Part shown: in pieces, positions 59,502 to 64,000 of the stretch
Numbering within the stretch: the first letter of the stretch is position 1
Layout: the number at the start of each line of letters is the position of its first letter
Virus record (IMG/VR): IMGVR_UViG_3300021495_000001
Location: 1-64,000 of that record
Origin: a virus
DNA length: 64,000 nucleotides
Reading direction: 5' to 3' (one strand)
Program-made: the position numbers and the translations under genes
The notes under the pieces: model-generated
Told to the model about the DNA's origin: nothing
Databases searched by the model: none
Seen by the model: the letters and a program-made list of their open reading frames with translations, nothing else

Positions 59502-59997
59502 TCTCATTAGTGATGATTTTCTTAATTATGGTGCAGCAGTCTTTGCCCAGATAAAGATTGCAGAGGAAGTTATAGGTAAATATAAAGAAGATTATCCTCT
59601 TGTAGATAAGTGTTTTTTAGCTTTTCGTACAAGGCTCATTGAACCTGATTTTGCACCTTGGATTTTCCGTTCTCACTGCAAAGAGATTGCAGACAGACTG
59701 AAAAAAGTTGGAAAAAGGTGGAGTAAAAAGCAAATCTTTGGCCTAATGCAACCACCCACAAAAGCAGAGATTGTGTGCGCTCTTTCAAAGGCCAGTATGC
59801 TTGCACCATTGAGACGGGATGGAGCAGCATTGGCATTACACTATTTTAATGAGATTGCTAAAGAGGAAGGAAAGGAATTTAAGATTGAATATGTCCCAAT
59901 ATCTGATTTAGAACTGAAACAAGCAGAGGAAGAAATTGTCCATCATTTAAGCAAACTTGGTGAGGGAAGGGCTAAGATAGTTTGGGAGAGATTTTAG
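59458..59997 (+). CDS. Hypothetical protein
   Basis: 179-aa ORF. Confidence 0.45.
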   Translation: MIEKREDGKLNLINNLISDDFLNYGAAVFAQIKIAEEVIGKYKEDYPLVDKCFLAFRTRLIEPDFAPWIFRSHCKEIADRLKKVGKRWSKKQIFGLMQPPTKAEIVCALSKASMLAPLRRDGAALALHYFNEIAKEEGKEFKIEYVPISDLELKQAEEEIVHHLSKLGEGRAKIVWERF

Positions 59998-60006
59998 GAG
60001 GTAGAA

Positions 60007-60627
60007 ATGGAAAAACATGACAAAGAGTATTTGGAGATGTGCCAAAAAGCAGGGGAGATACAGAAAATCTGGAAACCTAGAGCCGGAGATTGGGTTATAG
60101 ACATCCAGAATGATAGTATATGTATAATCTGTTTAGTAAGGGGGGACAATCCTGATTATTTTTACCTTGTTGGTACTGACGCTGATAACCCAAACGATTT
60201 TTATCAACATTATATCTCAAAAGTTTATTGGCTCCCAACTCAAAGCCAATTACAAGAAATGTTAGGGATAGCTGATGATATAAAACCTGCCTTATTGGAG
60301 GAGATTACCCAGCTTAGGTATAAATATAATTATGAGAGTAGTAGTGGAGACGTCAGTCTGAATGGAGAAAAGTTGTGGTTAGTGTTTTATATGTGGAAGA
60401 AACATAGAAAATTATGGAATGTAGAAAAACAATGTTGGGAAAGGGAGATGTTCGATGAGGCTTTGAAGGAGAAAATTAGAAATGCTTTGTCTTATTGGGA
60501 TGAGGATGAGAGCTTACTTTTGAATGATGGCGTGGAGGCAGTCATAAATGTTTTCAAAGAATGGATAAAAGAGAATAGGGGGGTGATTTTAAAGTGGCTA
60601 GATGAAAGGAGACTAACCGATGGCTAA
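60007..60627 (+). CDS. Hypothetical protein
   Basis: 206-aa ORF with RBS taggaggtagaa ATG. Confidence 0.5.
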   Translation: MEKHDKEYLEMCQKAGEIQKIWKPRAGDWVIDIQNDSICIICLVRGDNPDYFYLVGTDADNPNDFYQHYISKVYWLPTQSQLQEMLGIADDIKPALLEEITQLRYKYNYESSSGDVSLNGEKLWLVFYMWKKHRKLWNVEKQCWEREMFDEALKEKIRNALSYWDEDESLLLNDGVEAVINVFKEWIKENRGVILKWLDERRLTDG

Positions 60628-60784
60628 AAGAAAGAGAAAAGCTAGAGAAATAAGATATTATTATACAGGGGAAGATGAGCATAAAGTTTATCGTGATCGT
60701 GCAATTATAAATGCACTTGGAAAGGCTCTTAAAGAGTGGGTGAGGGAAAGTAAAAAAGGCAGTAAAGGGGAGGATAGTAAATGA
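60620..60784 (+). CDS. Small basic protein (54 aa)
   Basis: Manual reading: MAKRKRKAREIRYYYTGEDEHKVYRDRAIINALGKAL... ATGA coupling to the next ORF. Confidence 0.35.
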   Translation: MAKRKRKAREIRYYYTGEDEHKVYRDRAIINALGKALKEWVRESKKGSKGEDSK

Positions 60785-61068
60785 ATACACTTTGTCTTTT
60801 TAAAGTAACAGTTAAGGGGTTTTGTGGTAAGCGATACAAAACTGTGTATGTAATATCTGATAATTTGGATGATGCTTATCAAACTTATAGGAATTTTTTG
60901 GATAATCAAGACTTGGGATTTGAACATGCAGGAGATAGGGAATTAGAGAAAATAGAGTTGGTAGCTAAACTTTACAAAGAAGCTGAAAGCGAATGTAAAA
61001 TGTTATTTATATCAAATAGAATTAGTGAAAAGTTATGTGAAAGGGGCAAACTATGGGAAACAAGGTAA
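60781..61068 (+). CDS. Hypothetical protein
   Basis: 95-aa ORF. Confidence 0.4.
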   Translation: MNTLCLFKVTVKGFCGKRYKTVYVISDNLDDAYQTYRNFLDNQDLGFEHAGDRELEKIELVAKLYKEAESECKMLFISNRISEKLCERGKLWETR

Positions 61069-61277
61069 ATCAGACAAAACCAGATAAAGAGTATTGGTTA
61101 ATGATTGCTGGCCAAGTTCATTCAATTATTGCCTTGGTTCGTAGCTCTATTAAATTGGAAGATGTAGAGAGATTAAACCGTTTCTTGATGACTTATGAGG
61201 CAATAGCTTTGTTTAAAGAGGAATATCCCAAATTGGTAACGAGAGTGCGAATAATAGAGAATGCATTTAAGTGGTAA
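61053..61277 (+). CDS. Hypothetical protein
   Basis: 74-aa ORF. Confidence 0.4.
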   Translation: MGNKVNQTKPDKEYWLMIAGQVHSIIALVRSSIKLEDVERLNRFLMTYEAIALFKEEYPKLVTRVRIIENAFKW

Positions 61278-61283
61278 AGGGCT

Positions 61284-61928
61284 ATGGGGGCGGATAAGGC
61301 TAAAGCTATAACCCTTTCTGAACTATGCACTCATATTTTCCCTCCTCCCAAGGGAAGAAAAGGAAAGGGGGTTTGTGTTTGGTGTGGGAAGGAAGTAGAT
61401 GAGATGTTTGATATCAAGGTTTCTGATAATTTTATGGGGTGGTGTTATTTTTCATTTGGGGATTGTATGTGTAGGTATTGTTATGCTTTTTTCTCTAAAC
61501 AGTCCTTCAGGAAAAAGAGTTGGGTGGCTACAAAGAGTGGAGTGAAATTCATAAAAAGAGATGAGATTATGGAGCTTCTCCTCCAACCACCAAAGCCCCC
61601 TTGGTTTCTATATATTACAAAAACAGGCCAAAAGCAGGGGTGGTTGCACTGTATTCATAAGGTGAACTTGTCTTCTTTCTCCTTCACAGTTGCCTTTGAG
61701 CCCTTTGATTTTCCAGTTCAGACAAACATCTCTGAGGTTCATGCTTTACATAATCTTCTATCTTTTCTGAGAGAGAGAAAAGTGACAAAAACAGAACTTT
61801 TAACTGGTGTGTTTAAGATGAAGACTTACGAGAGGGCAATAAAAGAGGGGTATGAAGAGGAGTTAAAAAGAGCTAAAAAATATGCAGGAAAAGGAATATG
61901 GGAGGTAATGTGTCATGTCATCAAATGA
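61284..61928 (+). CDS. Zinc-finger protein, candidate Csf1/Cas8-like large subunit of a type IV-like effector
   Basis: CVWCGKEVDE...CYFSFGDCMCRYCYAFF (CxxC...CxCxxC), then LLQPPKPPWFLYITKTGQKQGWLHCIHKV. It is the first gene of a coupled operon with RAMP genes. The call rests on motif-level recollection only. Confidence 0.4.
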   Translation: MGADKAKAITLSELCTHIFPPPKGRKGKGVCVWCGKEVDEMFDIKVSDNFMGWCYFSFGDCMCRYCYAFFSKQSFRKKSWVATKSGVKFIKRDEIMELLLQPPKPPWFLYITKTGQKQGWLHCIHKVNLSSFSFTVAFEPFDFPVQTNISEVHALHNLLSFLRERKVTKTELLTGVFKMKTYERAIKEGYEEELKRAKKYAGKGIWEVMCHVIK

Positions 61929-62322
61929 TAAAGAGAGTAAACTGGTTGTCTTTTTAGCACTTGTTTACATGCGTGTTCCATGGGGGAAGATGCAGATGGG
62001 GAAGAATGTTTGGGATGTGTTTAACCACCGTGTCCGTGCTGCATCTAGAAAAGGGACTATGCAAGCATTTGCAAGCAAGTTATGTAACTATTTTGGGATA
62101 CAGTCTCTGCCCCCAGAGGCTGTGCTCATTCTAGATGACCTTATCCCTGATCAAGAAAGAGTGCTAAACCTGCTATATATGGAACATATACCAATTTGCA
62201 TGAGAGCAGTAATAAAAGCAAAAGAGATTAGAGAAGCTAAAAAAGAGAAAGAGAAAGAGAAACAACAGAAAAAGGAGGAAAAGAATGGGGAAAAATTACA
62301 AAACGGTCTGTGGACTGTGTGA
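61915..62322 (+). CDS. Small helical protein, candidate Cas11-like small subunit
   Basis: 135 aa, helical-looking sequence with a K/E-rich tail. It sits between the putative large subunit and Cas7. The call is positional. Confidence 0.3.
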   Translation: MSSNDKESKLVVFLALVYMRVPWGKMQMGKNVWDVFNHRVRAASRKGTMQAFASKLCNYFGIQSLPPEAVLILDDLIPDQERVLNLLYMEHIPICMRAVIKAKEIREAKKEKEKEKQQKKEEKNGEKLQNGLWTV

Positions 62323-63118
62323 GGCAAAAACCCCGATTTTTCATGGAGGAAATGAAAAAACAGGGAGCACCCCTATCCTTCGCACCATTATGATTTGGCA
62401 TGAAGGGGGTGGGGTTAGCATCCCCTACATCCATGGGAATGCAGTGCGGGGAAAGCTGAGACGGATGATTATGAAAGATATGCTAGAGGTGGTTGGATAC
62501 TCTGTGACAAACAAAAAGTTGCACCACTCTCTGTTTTCTGGTGGAGTGTTAGAGGGAACTGAAAAAACAAGTGGAGTTCTAGATTTAACATTAAGGAAAG
62601 AAATTGTGGACATGCTCCCCCCTATTTCTCTATTTGGCTGTGGGATAGGAAACCAGTTGATACAAGGGAAGCTTGTGGTTGGACATATGTGGCCTATTTG
62701 CAAGGAGTATAAAGCCTTTCTTCCTACTAGCTTCCAAGGTGACCAGCGGGCGCAGCAGCCTGTTCGTGTCTTTACAGATGAGTCTTTTATCACTAGGAGG
62801 GATGATTTGCGAGAGGAGAGGGAAAAAGATAAGCAGGCTGTCCAGATGAAAGTAGATTATGAGTGCTTTATCCCTGGGACAGCCTTTTACCATGAGTTCA
62901 AACTCCTTTTTACAAACGCAGTGGAGGAAAGTTGCTTTTCACGCTTGCTATCCCTGTGGAAAATGTATCCAAACGTTGGTGGCCGTGGGAGTTCAGGTGA
63001 TGGGTTGTTAATTTTAAACTATGACTGGGAAGGCAAAGATGATGTATATATGGAACATTTAAGCACAAAGGCCAAAGAGATTGCATCCTTGTTAAAAAAA
63101 CTGGAGGAAATGTTGTGA
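62285..63118 (+). CDS. RAMP protein, Cas7 (Csf2/Csm3-like) backbone subunit candidate
   Basis: TPIFHGGNEKTG, IPYIHGNAVRGKLRRMI, HHSLFSGGVLEG, ISLFGCGIG and the glycine loop NVGGRGSSGDG. Strong RBS aggaggaaaaga ATG. Confidence 0.55.
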   Translation: MGKNYKTVCGLCEAKTPIFHGGNEKTGSTPILRTIMIWHEGGGVSIPYIHGNAVRGKLRRMIMKDMLEVVGYSVTNKKLHHSLFSGGVLEGTEKTSGVLDLTLRKEIVDMLPPISLFGCGIGNQLIQGKLVVGHMWPICKEYKAFLPTSFQGDQRAQQPVRVFTDESFITRRDDLREEREKDKQAVQMKVDYECFIPGTAFYHEFKLLFTNAVEESCFSRLLSLWKMYPNVGGRGSSGDGLLILNYDWEGKDDVYMEHLSTKAKEIASLLKKLEEML

Positions 63119-63909
63119 TGATCCCCGTCTTATATGAAAAGCAAAGAGAGGAGATAGAGTATTTTGTTTCAAAGATAGAAAGGCAGAAACAGAAACAAAG
63201 GTTAAATAGATTTACCAATTTTAAAATCACTTTTACTCTCTCTTCTCCAATCTGCATCACCACCCCATGGCTTAATTTTGACAGCCTTATAGGGCATCTT
63301 ATGACTATGGAGAGTTTGGATAGGGAGTATTTTGTTACGGATAAAAAAATTAACTTAGCAAAATATATGTCAGGTGGGGGGTTACCGTATGGGTCTTTAT
63401 GGCATGAAGAAGAAGGGCTGGCTGTTCCAACAGTGAGTGTTGGATATTCAGAAGAACCTTTTGAACCTCGTGTAGAGGTTTTGTATAAGCGGTTTGAGGG
63501 GTATCATGCATCATTCAAAGGAAAGATAAGGGTTGGCTCTGGACATTTCCGTAACTTTATGATTCGTCATATTTATATCCCCATAAAAAAGGTTATTTTC
63601 TTTGTGAAAGGGGATAAAGAGTTTATCTACAACTTACTAAAGAGAAATCTATTTGCCCTTGGCAATGATGTTCGTGTAGGTTATGGGTTTATAAAAAATA
63701 TGTCAGTCAGAGATATGGAGAAGGATTACTCTATTGTGATGAATGGAAAAGCTATGCGTCCGCTCCCTGTGGAATTCTGCAAGAGTTATGAAGAAGTGGC
63801 CCCTCTTCCATACAAACCACCGTATTGGGAGAAAAGAAATGTGCGGATGTGTGTACCCCCTTTTACTAGGTGTGAGTTGAAAGAAAAGTGGAGGAAGTAT
63901 TACGGGTGA
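63115..63909 (+). CDS. RAMP-like protein, Cas5 (Csf3-like) candidate
   Basis: FKITFTLSSPICITTPWLNFDSLIGHLM (first strand plus helix as in Cas5/Csf3) and the glycine loop ALGNDVRVGYGFI. ATGA coupling to the Cas7-like gene. Confidence 0.4.
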   Translation: MMIPVLYEKQREEIEYFVSKIERQKQKQRLNRFTNFKITFTLSSPICITTPWLNFDSLIGHLMTMESLDREYFVTDKKINLAKYMSGGGLPYGSLWHEEEGLAVPTVSVGYSEEPFEPRVEVLYKRFEGYHASFKGKIRVGSGHFRNFMIRHIYIPIKKVIFFVKGDKEFIYNLLKRNLFALGNDVRVGYGFIKNMSVRDMEKDYSIVMNGKAMRPLPVEFCKSYEEVAPLPYKPPYWEKRNVRMCVPPFTRCELKEKWRKYYG

Positions 63910-64000
63910 TTAAGATTGAGGTTGCTTACCACCGTATGAACTCTGATGGAAACTTGACAAGATGCTACCGTACAATTTGGTCTCTTTGTGGTGCAACAAC
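63906..64000 (+). CDS. 5' end of a further coupled gene (GTG start, runs off the right edge)
   Basis: GTGA overlap with the upstream stop. The frame is open to the window end: (M)IKIEVAYHRMNSDGNLTRCYRTIWSLCGAT. Confidence 0.35.
   Translation, partial: MIKIEVAYHRMNSDGNLTRCYRTIWSLCGAT

Overview
This window is a contiguous piece of a tailed dsDNA phage or prophage genome with two divergent arms. All calls come from reading the sequence and the ORF track by eye; no database search was run.

Late arm, 1..26535, minus strand, read right to left:
- small and large terminase
- a four-gene glycan-modification island (SAM methyltransferase, sulfotransferase-like, GT2, GT9)
- a sigma-70-family factor
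- an 1115-aa portal-MuF-ADP-ribosyltransferase fusion interrupted by a mini-intein
- a ChaB-protease-scaffold protein, a decoration protein and a lambda-E-type major capsid protein, followed by hairpin terminators
- a 1347-aa GT4-methyltransferase-GT2 protein interrupted by a LAGLIDADG intein
- several unknown virion-module genes, including a beta-helix/tandem-repeat fibre-like protein
- Mu-like head-tail joining genes, the tail tube, G/G-T frameshifted chaperones and the 5' part of the tape-measure gene

Control region, 26536..26677: AT-rich, with phased A-tracts and a consensus sigma-70 promoter firing rightward.

Early/middle arm, 26678..64000, plus strand:
- many small, often Zn-ribbon, ORFs
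- an SNF2 helicase, a second sigma-like factor and a primase
- a perfectly phased 18/36-nt repeat array upstream of a wHTH initiator
- a DnaB-like helicase and a DNA methyltransferase carrying an inserted PLP-enzyme domain
- a beta clamp, a UDG-PolA fusion and a clamp loader
- a gp32-like SSB, a RecA-like recombinase, a resolvase-like nuclease and a split SbcC flanking SbcD
- accessory genes (HicB-like, RyR)
- at the right edge, a coupled operon that looks like an array-less type IV(-B)-like Cascade: Zn-finger large subunit, Cas11-like, Cas7 RAMP, Cas5 RAMP

Two families of conserved non-coding motifs are visible: four ~42-nt plus-strand promoter copies and three 29-nt minus-strand motifs. I saw no rRNA, tRNA or CRISPR array.
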